Below are positions 50,144 to 61,765 of a DNA stretch of 64,000 bases, piece after piece; position 1 is the first letter of the stretch, and each line of letters starts with the position of its first letter. A program made the position numbers and the translations under genes. The stretch covers positions 13,764,001-13,828,000 of the forward strand of contig NC_073406.1 in NCBI RefSeq assembly GCF_028641065.1. Reading direction: 5' to 3'. This stretch comes from Leucoraja erinacea (Eukaryota). The notes below the pieces were generated by a model. It was not told the DNA's origin and made no database searches. It worked only from the letters and a program-made list of their open reading frames with translations.

Positions 50144-50970
50144 AATATCATAACCAACAAATTGTCAGTTTAGATGTAGCTTTGTTTCCTGTTTTGTTTG
50201 AAGTGATAAATAAAGGATCAACACCTGCCTGACTCAATGGAGAGAGCAGGGTCCCATGAATGACATTCCTGTTCATCTGCAGATCCACCACATTTAATTC
50301 TAGACACGTCTATACACACCTGTCCAAGACATTCAAGATACCAAAGTGTGATTTTTAACCTCCACCTGATTCTGAGCCCACTAGACATAAATTGATCAGC
50401 ATATCCAACCGATAGCCAACATGGCCACACTATCTTTCCCTGCAGAAAGTGAGTTAAAATTACCCAAGCGTGAGATGGGCTCTGCTATAGTTCCCACCCT
50501 TTAGTTGATGATCATTGCTCTGCATTGGAGAGGAAAATGCAGACTGTATGACTGTTTTGTGGCACTGCTTCATTCAGCAATTCCTGCATGCTTATTTCAG
50601 ATATACCGTAGTCCTTCCACACTGAATCTTGGCAACATCTTACTGGGATAAAGAACCTTACTCTGATTTCACCTGCCCCTTGACTCCGTATCAGGTCACC
50701 AGATGTGTCTCTCTCTCAGAAATATTCCCTATTTTTTACCCATCCATCTCCACCCACTGCCCCGCTAAAACTAACTTGTTTTCTCGCCTTTCCAAATCAG
50801 GTCTTCACATTGAAGTGTTAAGTGTGACTTTCCACAGATGCTGCCTGACCTGATGAGTGGCTCCAACAGTTTCTATTTTTAAGTCAAACCACATTGTCTG
50901 GTATTTTCAGATAATTATCTTGCACTTACTCATCTCTTACTTGGATTTCCACTTTAGTTCAGCATGCACT

Positions 50971-51778
50971 ATCAGATTCAGATTCAATTTTAATTGTCAT
51001 TGTCAGTGTACAGTACAGAGACAACGAAATGCATTTAGCATCTCCCTTGAAGAGCGACATAGCAAACGATTGAATAAAAAATAAATAATAAGTGTCCGGG
51101 GGGGGGGGTGATGATTGGCAGTCACCGAGGTACGTTGTTGAGTAGAGTGACAGCCGCCGGAAAGAAGCTGTTCCTCGACCTGCTGGTTCGGCAACGGAGA
51201 GACCTGTAGCGCCTCCCGGATGGTAGGAGGGTAAACAGTCCATGGTTGGGGTGAGAGCAGTCCTTGGCGATGCTGAGCGCCCTCCGCAGACAGCGCTTGC
51301 TTTGGACAGACTCAATGGAGGGGAGCGTGGAACTGGTGATGCGTTGGGCAATTTTCACCACCCTCTGCAGTGCCTTCCGGTCGGAGACAGAGCAGTTGCC
51401 ATACCATACTGTGATGCAGTTGGTAAGGATGCTCTCGATGGTGCAGCGGTAGAAGTTCACCAGGATCTGAGGAGACAGATGGACCTTCTTCAGTCTCCTC
51501 GGGAAGAAGAGACGCTGATGAGCCTTCTTGATCAGAGTAGAGGTATTGTGGGTCCAAGAGAGGTCATCGGAGATGTTGACTCCCAGGAACCTGAAGCTAT
51601 AAACATGTTCCACCTCCGTCCCGTTAATGTGGATGGGGGTGTGCGTGCCGCCTCTGGACTTCCTGAAGTCTACAATGAGCTCCTTGGTCTTCTTGGAGTT
51701 AAGGGCCAGGTTGTTGTCAGCGCACCATGCTGCTAAGTGCTGGACCTCCTCCCTGTAGGCCAGCTCATCGTTGTCATT
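50971..51778 (-). mobile_element. Well-preserved Rex1/Babar-type LINE 3' fragment
   Basis: 163-aa ORF FRFLGVNISDDLSWTHNT...AHQRLFF...FYRCTIESILTNCITVWYG...LLPSGRRYRSL; (TGAATC)n tail. Confidence 0.9.
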
Positions 51779-52019
51779 TAATTCTTCACCATATCAGAGA
51801 TATCTTCCATCCTCCCTTGCACCTTCCACTTGGGGTTAACATTTGCTTCATCTGTAACTATTCCCAGTTGCGGTGAAAGGTCATCAATCTGAGACATTAC
51901 CCTCCGTTTCTCTCTCCACGGATGCTGCTCAACCTGCTGAGTATTTCCAACATTTTATCATTTTATTTCATAAATGCACAACCTGTTCAAGATGTATTCA
52001 AGATGGATTTCAATTAGTG

Positions 52020-52370
52020 ATAGGCACAAGGAACTGCAGATGCTGGTTTACAAAAAAAAAAATTAAATATGCTGGAGTAACTCAAAGGGTCAGGTAGCAT
52101 CTCTGGAACAATTTCAACATAAATAGTCAGAGCAATTTAGACTGATTGTAGTAGGGATGGAGATATCTGGAAGGAAGATAAGGGTGGGCGTGGGAAACAA
52201 AACCAGGCAAGGGGTAATTGGTGATGCTATGGTTAGCGTGGAAAATAGTGTAAACGTGGACAAAGGATATAGATCCTGAAGAAGGGTCTCAACACGAAAT
52301 GCCAGCCATTCCTTCTCTCCAGAGGTGCTGCCTGTCCTGCTGAGTTACTCCAGCTTTTTGTGTCTACCCT
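52020..52370. mobile_element. Head-to-head PLE pair
   Basis: - strand tail 52020-52110; + strand module 52276-52370. Confidence 0.7.
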
Positions 52371-52394
52371 CAGAATATAGATCAGATGGAAAGC

Positions 52395-54290
52395 TTGGTG
52401 GTATTCAGGTAAATGGAATATATTCCAGACAAATGCAAGGTGATGCCTTTTTGGAAGTCAATTAGGAGCAGGACATAAGCAGTAAATAGTAGAGACCTAA
52501 GGAATGTTGATGAACAGAGAACATGGGATTCAAGTCCATAGTTCCAATTGTTAGGAAGGTGGATAAGCCCTGTGGCACGTTTGCCTTCATAGTTCAGGGT
52601 ATAGAATATAAAAGTTGGGATGTTATGTTGAAATATTGCAAATCATTGATTAGGTTGAGTGCACCTCTGGTCTGCACACTCTAGGAAGGATGTGATTGTA
52701 CTGGGGAGAGTGCAAAGGATGCTTCCTGGATGTGAGAGATATAGGGAGATTAGATAGGCTGAGCTTGTTTTCCACAGAACAAAGAAGGTGAATTAATAGA
52801 GGACTATAAAAATATAAGAGGTACAGTTAGTTCAGTAGGTCAGTATCATTTTCACAGAATAGATAGAAAATAAGGTTATAGGTAGGTAGGTTTAAGGCAA
52901 GAGGAAAGAATTTGAGAGGAAAGGTTTTTTTTCATCCTGCCAGATGAATTGGTGAAATCAGATAAAATCACCACATTTAAGAGGCACTTAGCCAGGAATA
53001 GTCAAGGCATTGAAGGATGTGACATCACACAGAGAAATGGAATTAGTGTGGATAGGCAAAACAGTTGACACAAATGTGGTGTCCGAAGGGCATGTTTCTA
53101 TGTTGTGCAATTCACAGAATCGTACAACACAGAAATAAGTCCTTTGGCTTACCTAGTCCATGCTAACCTTGACGCGTGCCCATGGTAATGACATTTGCTT
53201 GCAATAGACCTGCATCCCACTTTGCTTTTTCTATCCAAAGACCTATCCAAATGCCTTTGTAATTGTATCCACCTCTGTCACCTTCTCAGATAACTTGTTG
53301 CAGATACCCACTTCCCTCTGTGTGAAAAACGTACCCCTCAGATCTCTTCAACTGTCTACTTTCGAACCTTAAACTCCCCTGCCATGGCCAGAAAAAAACT
53401 TTTATACCTTATGTATGTCTCTCATAATTTTATAAATCTCTAGGTCACCCCTGAGCATCTTCTAGATCCAATAAGAATAAACCTGGACTATCCAATCTCT
53501 CTTTATAACTACAGCCCTCCATACCAGACAATACCCTGGTGCATCCCTTCTGCACTCTCTCTATTACCACCACATCTGTAGTATGGTGACCTGAACTGTA
53601 CACAATATTCTAAATGGGGTCTGACCAATGTTTTGTACAGCTGCAACTTACAGAATAATGAAAGGCATAGAGTGGATGTGGAAAGGATGTTTACACTGGC
53701 GGGAGTGTCTAGGACCAGAGGTCATAGCCTCAGAATTAAAGGGTGCTCTTTTAGAAAGGAGGTGAGAAGGAACTTCTTTAGTCAGAGGGTAGTTAATCTG
53801 TGGAACTCATTGCCACGGAGGGCTGTGGAGGCCCAGTCAGTGGATATTTTTAAGGCAGATAGACAATTTCTTGATTAGCATGGGTGTCAAGGGTTATGGG
53901 GAGAAGGCAGGCAAGTGGGATTAGGAGGCAGAGATCAGCCTAATTTGAATGGCGGAGTAGACTCAATGGGCCAAATGGCCTATTTCTACTATAACTTGTG
54001 ACATCTAACTTTTATCCTCAATGCCTCAGCCAACGAAAGCTAGGATGCCAAATGTCTTGTCACCACTTTCAGGAACCTATGGACTGTATGCCATGGTCTC
54101 TCTGTAAATCAACGATCCTCTGGTCCCTGCTATTTACTGCGTATGGCTTGCCAGAAATTCCTTCGCAAAGTGCATTACCTCACACTTCTTGGGATTAAAT
54201 CCCATCACCCACTGCTCCGGCCAACTTTCTAGCTGATCTATGTCTCTCTGTATCCTTGGATAATATTTTTAACTATCCACTACTCCACAT
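52395..54290. mobile_element. Nested CR1 fragments (+ 52395-53110, - 53115-53650, younger + 53665-54000, - 54005-54290)
   Basis: SRTRGHSLRIKGCSFRKEVRRNFFSQRVVNLWNSLP in ORF 53633-53878; degenerate CR1 motifs either side. Confidence 0.8.
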
Positions 54291-54493
54291 GTTGTATGCG
54301 CTATGACTCTACTGGAATATATTCTGGACTAATAATCCAATGTGGTATGAAAGGAGTGTTGCAATAATTTTTGAATTAAAAATGAAGTCCAAACTTGTGT
54401 AGATATAAAAAGATCCTCTGGTTTTATTTGGCGAGATACATTTTCCATGATTTCTGACCAGCATTTATCACTTGACTGAAACAGGTGAAGCAA

Positions 54494-54800
54494 GGGCACA
54501 GTGGAGCAGCGGTAGAGTTACTGCCTTACTACACCAGAGACCCAGTTTCAATCCTGACTACGGTTGACGTCAGTATAGAATTTGTACGTTCACCTTGTGA
54601 CCGCATTGATTTTCTCCGAGTGCTCTGATTTCCTCCCACACTCTAAAGATGTGCAGGTTTGTAGGTTAATTTGTCTTTGGTAAAAATGGAAAATTGTCCC
54701 TAGTGTGTAGGATGGTGCTAGTGTATGGAGATCACTGGTCGGTGCAAACTCACTGGGCCGAAGGGCCTGTTTCCGCGCTGCATCTCTAAATTAAACTAAG
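54494..54800 (+). mobile_element. V-SINE, full length
   Basis: Head, V-domain, CR1-like tail. Confidence 0.9.
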
Positions 54801-54801
54801 A

Positions 54802-55357
54802 TAATAATAATAACTTTATTTATAAAGCACTTTTAGGCAACATCAGTTACCACAAAGTGCTGTACAAGGGAAATCAACAAAAGTTATCACAAAACTAAAA
54901 CCATTAAAACGACAGGACTATAAAAACAGTAAAAAATTAAAAGACATTAAAAGCACTAAAACAGGAACAATGTCTCAGCCAGTGTCGAAAGCCAGTGAAT
55001 AAAAGTGCGTTTTTAGGGAGGATTTAAAGATGGACAGTGAAGGGGCCTGTCTGATCTGCAGCGGCAAGGTGTTCCAAAGTGCCGGTGCAGCAACAGAAAA
55101 GGCTCTATCCCCTCTGAGCTTCCGCTTAGACCTTGGTACCTCAAGGAGCAGCTGATCCGCTGACCTGAGGCACCGGGTAGGAGCATATAGGTGGAGCAGC
55201 TCAGAGAGGTAAGGCGGGGCGAGGCCATTCAAAGATTTAAAAACAAATAAAAGAATTTTAAAATGAACTCGAAAGTGCACTGGAAGCCAGTGAAGGGAGG
55301 CCAAAATTGGGGTAATGTGCTCCCTCTTTCGAGTTCCGGTTAAAAGGCGAGCGGCAT
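54802..55357 (-). mobile_element. L2-clade LINE 3' fragment
   Basis: ASLHWLPVHFRVHFKILL...GLAPPYLSELL...GDRAFSVAAPALWNTLP; (TTA)n tail. Confidence 0.9.
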
Positions 55358-56119
55358 GATAGTGTCATTATCTCATTCATATCTATAGGTCCCTGCTTTG
55401 TTCAAATTAACTGTTGATGTTTGCAACAATACAAAAGTGAGCACAATTCGGGCTATGGATATAAAAATCACATGTTAGTGTACACTGATTCAGAGACAGG
55501 AGTCCATCACACACAATGTGCTGCTTACTGTCAGAGCACAATGTACATTATGTACATAATCACAATAATACACACAGGTAAACATTTCATGGTAGTGAAA
55601 TTGTCAATGAATTTGAGCAACTTTCTTAAAAATGAAATTGCAATACTAACTTTGAAATGTTCCTTTTCCTGTGATGTTCTGAATATTATGCACTACCAAT
55701 TATTCTAATGCTGAACCACGTTCATAAATATCAGGATCAGAGGTGACAAATGAACCACATAATTCAAAAGGAAGTGATTCACTCTGATCTTAACAGATTG
55801 AAAATCAGATGGGTTTTATGCTGGTTTTCAAGTTCGATTGTCACCTGTAGGTTAGAGATAAAACTAGCTCAAACTATGTGGATAGACGGTTTGTTGTGGA
55901 TTTTGAGACATTAAAGGAAAAGCAATTTAATTCATTCATTTTTATGAGTTAATGTTGACGTTTCCTACAGTTTCCAACATAGCAGTGACTAGACTTCAAT
56001 GTCTGTGAAGTACATGAGGGCTTCTAAGGATGATGAGAGGCACCATATAAATGCAATCCTTTCTTTTGTTGTCTTAAAACTGTTTGATGAATGAAAACCA
56101 CCACCTGTATTCAGAATGG

Positions 56120-57900
56120 GAAGGGACCAAAGAGCAGGAATTTACAGATGAGTCAGCTTAACACCAGTAACAGGAAAACTGTTAGAAGCTATATTAAAGA
56201 ACTTATAGCAGGGGGCACTTAGAAACAAAGTAATCAAGCCGTCAATATGATTAAAAGAAAAATCATGTTTGGCTAAGTTATTGCCTTGATAATAGGAGAC
56301 AGAGGGATGATGATAAAGGTTGTTTTATGAGTGGAATACTGTGAGCAGTGGTGTAGAAAGGGGATCAGTGCTGGGGCCTTTGACATTAACAACCCAAATG
56401 TGAATGCTGGAAGTATCATTGGTAAGTTTGCAGATGATATGAAAGTTGGTTGTGTTGGCAATGTTGAAGAGGATAATTTTAGGCGACAAAATGAGATTGA
56501 TCAGTTGGGCAGGGCAATGACAGATAGAATTTAATCCTGACAAGAGTGAATTGTTGCATTTTATGAGGTCTAATAAGAGTACGATAGATAGTCAAGTCAT
56601 GTTTATTGTGACTGATACCCTGAATGACAGGGATCCAGGGAGCATTGAGAAACGAAGGAACATTGGTATTGAAGTTCAAAGATTCCCAAACCTGTTGGCA
56701 CAGGTAGACGGGGTGAAGAAGGCATACAGGATGCTAACCTTCATGAGTTAGGGCCTAGCGTATATGAAAAGGTACAGGGTAGGTACAAAGTTGGTAGTTA
56801 GTAATTAGACCACAGTTGGAGTACTGTGTGTAGTTCTAGTCACTGCACAATAGGAAGCATGTGGTTAAACTGGAGACAGTACAGAGGAGAGTCACCTAAA
56901 AATTGATCAGGTTCAAAACTTTCAGAGGCACTGGATAGACTGAGTTTGGCTTCCTTGAGGCAAAGGAGGTTGACGGAGTACCTGATTTGGCGTGCACAAA
57001 ATTACGAAAGATATAGGTAGGGTAGATAGTTATATGTTTTCTCATGACGGAGGTGTCACGAATGGATGTAGATATAAGGCAAAGCATAAGAGGGGATCTG
57101 AGGAAGAATATTTTCACCCAGAGGGTGGTTGCAATCTGGAACACATGTCCTGAGGAGGTACTAGAGGCAAATACGTTCACAAATAAAAAGAACAAAATGA
57201 GGATTTGAATCACCAAGACATCTGGGCTCCAGACCAAGTGCTGGTAAATGGGATTTGTTCAGACAGGACCCTATGGTTGGCATGCTGGGCTGAAGGGCCT
57301 GTTTCCATTTCTTATGACTCCATATAAAGGTAACGCACTGCATATAGAAGGGGGTTGGTGAAGGCACAAAACTTAGATTTTTAGAAGGCAGTTTATAAGG
57401 TTCCACATTGAAGGTGATTACAGAAAATAAAAGTTCCTGGTGTGAGAAGTAACATTTTGAATAGCAGACTGGCTAGCTAATGGGAAGCAGAATGTAGTTG
57501 TAAATGGTTCTTTTTGTTGGTGGGCAAGAGCGATGTGTCACTTGTTATCGATGCTAAGGCTTCAACCTTTTACAATGCATGCAGATGATTTTGATAACAG
57601 CACAGAGGAATGGCCAGAAGGAAAAGTGTGAAGAGAAACAAGAAGAATGACAAGGAGATAGTGTAGGATTCAGTGCAAATAGGGTATAAAGTAAGAAAAT
57701 GCGAATTTCTATTCTGGAAAATGTCTATTTTGGTGCAAAAAATAAAAATGATCCTGATCAGAGCTTTGAGGCACAGAGGCATATCCTGGTGCATAACTCG
57801 CAAAGAGTTAGTATGCAGGTTGCACAAATAGCTACAGACTCTTGCTGTTAATGTGAGGGGAACTGAATATAGGAACAGGAAGGTTATGAAGAGTTGAGGT
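56120..57900 (+). mobile_element. Old CR1 ORF2 fragments (about 56120-57325 and 57370-57900)
   Basis: IGKFADDMKVG, FNPDK.E..HF, LEYCV.F, LRKNIFTQRVVAIWN. Confidence 0.8.
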
Positions 57901-59410
57901 GAGAGTGGACTTGAGAGTCTGAGAGCTTCTCTCGCTCGTCTCACAGGCTTGTATCAAAATAATCCACAAGCTCCCGGGACTAATACAAAAATATATACAG
58001 CTGTACATTAGCCACGCTCAGCAGGTAACAATATCCTTTTTTTTTAAAAAGAATCCATCAAATGAGAAAAAGAGAACGTATTTAACACTGCAGTGGAGGC
58101 AGTTACAAAACTGAAACAAAATAAAGGAACATAAAAGGTCCCAAAGTGCAGGAAGGAAAGTGCTTGTGATTTATGAATTGTATTGCAATTCCTTGGTTCC
58201 CGCTGAGGTCCCTGTGTTTATTTTGTGCAATAGTGTTTGTGGGTTATGGTACATGAATGCTGAAGCATAGTTTCCGAAGTGGAACCTACCACAGTATGTG
58301 TGAATGTGTAGCTTTAAACTGCTGCTGTGAAGATGGAGGCAGCTTGACGCAAAGAATCAAATGAGGGATGGAAGGACAGGAACCTGTGATAATAAAGAGG
58401 CAACTTGTCAGCAGAATTTTTACCTTGCACACGTGGAAAGTAATATTGCCGATGTCTCCTGATAATTCAGTGGGAGAAACGTAATCAAGCATCGCTTATT
58501 AGTTTAACTGTTTCTCGAGAAAGCAAAAAGCAATCCTACCAAAGACGGCTATCTCTCATCTATGAATCTTTTGTTCCAATGCATAAAACAGATCATCCAG
58601 GTGTTTAATGAGAAAAAGCAAGGCAGCCTCTCAGACCCTTTGTGAATACAATTACAGAATTAGATCTGCCGGACTGGCAGGTGCACAGATTAACTTGACA
58701 CTAAGCAGCATACTTTGCTGAAATAATGCAGCTGTCTCTCACAGAATAAATTCGTCAAAAATTCTATTTCACGGAGAGAAATCATTCGATTTTTGTACTA
58801 CAGGTGCTTGTTTGCTCCACTTATGGCAGCAGATTTGACAACTTCCATGGCAGAAGCAACGGGAGCACTGTGGTAATTCATCAGGGCTTGAGACAAGCTC
58901 TTGATTATAGTATTACAGCATTAACATGATTAACCACTGCAGTACAGTGTAGGTTGTCATTCACAAGCAAGAGGTGCAACTTGGCATGTAATGCCCGGAT
59001 GATCAACATTAGAGCAAAACGTTATTAATCAATTGACGGCAATCATTGTTCCAGTCACTTCACACCCAATGAACATTATTGAGAGAGATTTATGGACATT
59101 CTCTAAGCACTTTGAAGGAGCCAATATTATTTTGTCAATATAATTAGGGATTGGCTGTGATTTTATGTGGTGAAATACATGGCTATTACAATATAATGCA
59201 AATTACACAAGACACAAGGTTCAGTGTTGTTTTTCTCATGATGCTTTCAAAATGGATCTACAATTGTATGAACATTTGTTTTGACCTGCGGTTAGTGCCA
59301 CCTCCTCACCACCCACACATTCTGGTCCTTGTGAAATTACATAATAATTAGCCAAAATGCTGCTTGAAATGGCGTGAAGGTGGATTCCACCTGGAGGCAG
59401 CAATGATTGT

Positions 59411-59775
59411 ACAGGCTAGATGCAGGAAAAATGTTCCTGATGTTGGGGAAGTCCAGAACCAGGGGTCAGTGTAAGAATAAGGGGTAGGCCATTTAGGACT
59501 GAGATGAGGAAAACGTTTTTCACCCAGAGAGTTGTGAATCTGTGGAATTCTCTGCCACTAAAGGCATGTTTTCAAGAGAGTTAGATATAGCTCTTAGGGC
59601 TAACTGGATGTTTTCAAGAGAGTTAGATATAGCTCTTAGGGCTAACAGAATCAAGGGATATGGGGAGTAAGCAGAAACGGGGTACTGAATGTTGATGATC
59701 AGCCATGATCATATTGAATGGCAGTGCTGACTTGAAGGGCCGAATGGCCTACTCCTGCACCTATTTTCTTTGTTT
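59411..59775 (+). mobile_element. CR1 3' fragment with internal 39-bp duplication
   Basis: FFTQRVVNLWNSLP motif; repeat at 59566-59604 and 59608-59646. Confidence 0.9.
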
Positions 59776-60487
59776 TCCTGGAACCACAAATAGCTTCACG
59801 TGTTTGCCTCATGCCAGTCAAAACAGGAAACCACCCCTTGAAGGAGATACTCTCTCCGAATAGCCAGACAGCCATAACTCATATGATGGCTGCCATGCGG
59901 AGCAGGCATTAGGAGAGAGCTCCAGATTTCACTCAGATAAACACAAGAAGCCACACGAATGAGATACACGCGAGGGAGGTCCTGCATACAGCGTAGGGAG
60001 TAGGCATTCTGCCAAGTTGCCGTTCGAAGTCTGGCAAAGAGTGATTACAGCAGTCTCCTCAAGGAGTGGGAATACCTTTACAATGGAGCAATGCATGAAG
60101 AAAATAACTTATTAATGCATATATACTGTATACTCTTACATACTAATGCGCACCTCATGGGAGACTCAAGAGGCTGCAGATGATGGAATCTTGAGCAAAA
60201 AGCAAACTCAGCAGGGAAATGAACAGTCATCAGTATGAAGAAAGGCTCTTCATGCCCATTGTTTGAGGAGGAGTCCATCACCAATCTCTCATCGGCGGTA
60301 GTTCAGACCATGAATTCTACTGGTGGTGATAGAGGTCACACAAAATCTTGCAGGTTCCATGGCCTCTCACACTGATCCAGATAAGTTTGGTGTCTGCCAA
60401 AAAGGAGCTTGGAGGCAGTCTACAGTTTGCATGTTCTGCAACCAAATGTGTTTCCTGCAACATCACAAAGTCATGTGGTTTGGTCTG

Positions 60488-60845
60488 TTTCTCTAACTTC
60501 AAGTAACCCTTCAAGTAACCCTTGCTTTCCCTCTCTCTCTCCTTCCCTTCCCCACCCTAGTCCTCCTATTACTAATTCACTGTCGTCCTGATTTATTTTG
60601 GTGTGCCTCAATGTCACCTTCCCCTCAGCCAAAAATGAGCCATTCTACATTTCCTCGATCGTCAGCTGCTTTAATCAGTCCTTTACATACTTTACATTCT
60701 TGTTCTACCTTTCCATATCTCTAGTTTCCCCATCCCCTGACTCTCAATCTGAAGAAAGGTCTCGACCCGAAACATCACCCATTCCTTCTCTCCAGAGATG
60801 CTGCCTGTCCCGTTCATTTACTCCGGCATTTTGTGTCTATCTTTG
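60488..60845 (+). mobile_element. PLE 3' UTR with degenerate hammerhead (60749-60776)
   Basis: ctgaagaaaggtctcgacccgaaacatc plus family tail. Confidence 0.85.
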
Positions 60846-61159
60846 ACCGATTTCTGTGTGGTATAACACCATGCAGAAATGCTTTAAATGCATTTTTTTT
60901 TTTTTAAGTTCCTGGTTTATGTTTTAATGAAACAGTTTCGTAAAGATTGTCAAAGCAAATACTGATGTCAGATAACATCATGAAGTCCATTCTGAAGGTG
61001 CTAATGATGAGTGGCCATAATACAAGTGAATTAGTTGCGGGACATTGACTAAAAGACAAAAGGACCAATGAGCACTTGAAAGTTCCAAAACATCCATAGA
61101 AGCAAAACATGTTTGCAATAGAATGTGAGGTGGTTCACATGAGTCCCTTTCAATAGTAT

Positions 61160-61765
61160 CTCCGATGATCTTTCCTGGACCCAGCACACCGATGCAATTA
61201 TAAAGAAGGCATATCAGTGACTCTACTTCCTGAGATTACAGAGATTCGGCAGGTCGAAAAGGATTCTCCTAAACCTCTACAGGTGCACGGTAGAGAGTAT
61301 TCTGACTGGTTGCATCGTGGCTTGGTTCGGCAACTTGAACGTGTAGCAGCGGAAAAGACTACAAAAACTTGTGACCAGTCCATCACCGGCTTTGACCTCC
61401 CCACTGTCGAAGGGATCTATTGTAGTCACTGCCTCAAACTCATCAAAGATCCACACCATCCTGGCCACACAATCATCTCACCATTGCCATCAGGAAGAGG
61501 ATACAGGAGCCTGAAAACTGTATTGTCCAGGTTCAGGAACAGCTTCTTCCCTACAGCCATCAGGCTATTAAACACGACAACAAATAAGCTCCGAACTGCA
61601 AAAGACCATTATTATTGCACTATCTTTGTTAATCATTGAACTTTTATTTTCTCTTCCCCCATTATGTACTATGTTTACATACTCACATATTCTGTTGTGC
61701 TGCAACAAGTAAGAATTTCATTGTCTCATCCGTGACAGATGACAATAAAACACCCTTGACTCTTA
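61160..61765 (+). mobile_element. Rex1/Babar-type LINE 3' fragment
   Basis: IKDPHHPGHTIISPLPSGRGYRSLKTVLSRFRNSFFPTAIRLLN; AATAAA and cttgactctt tail. Confidence 0.85.
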
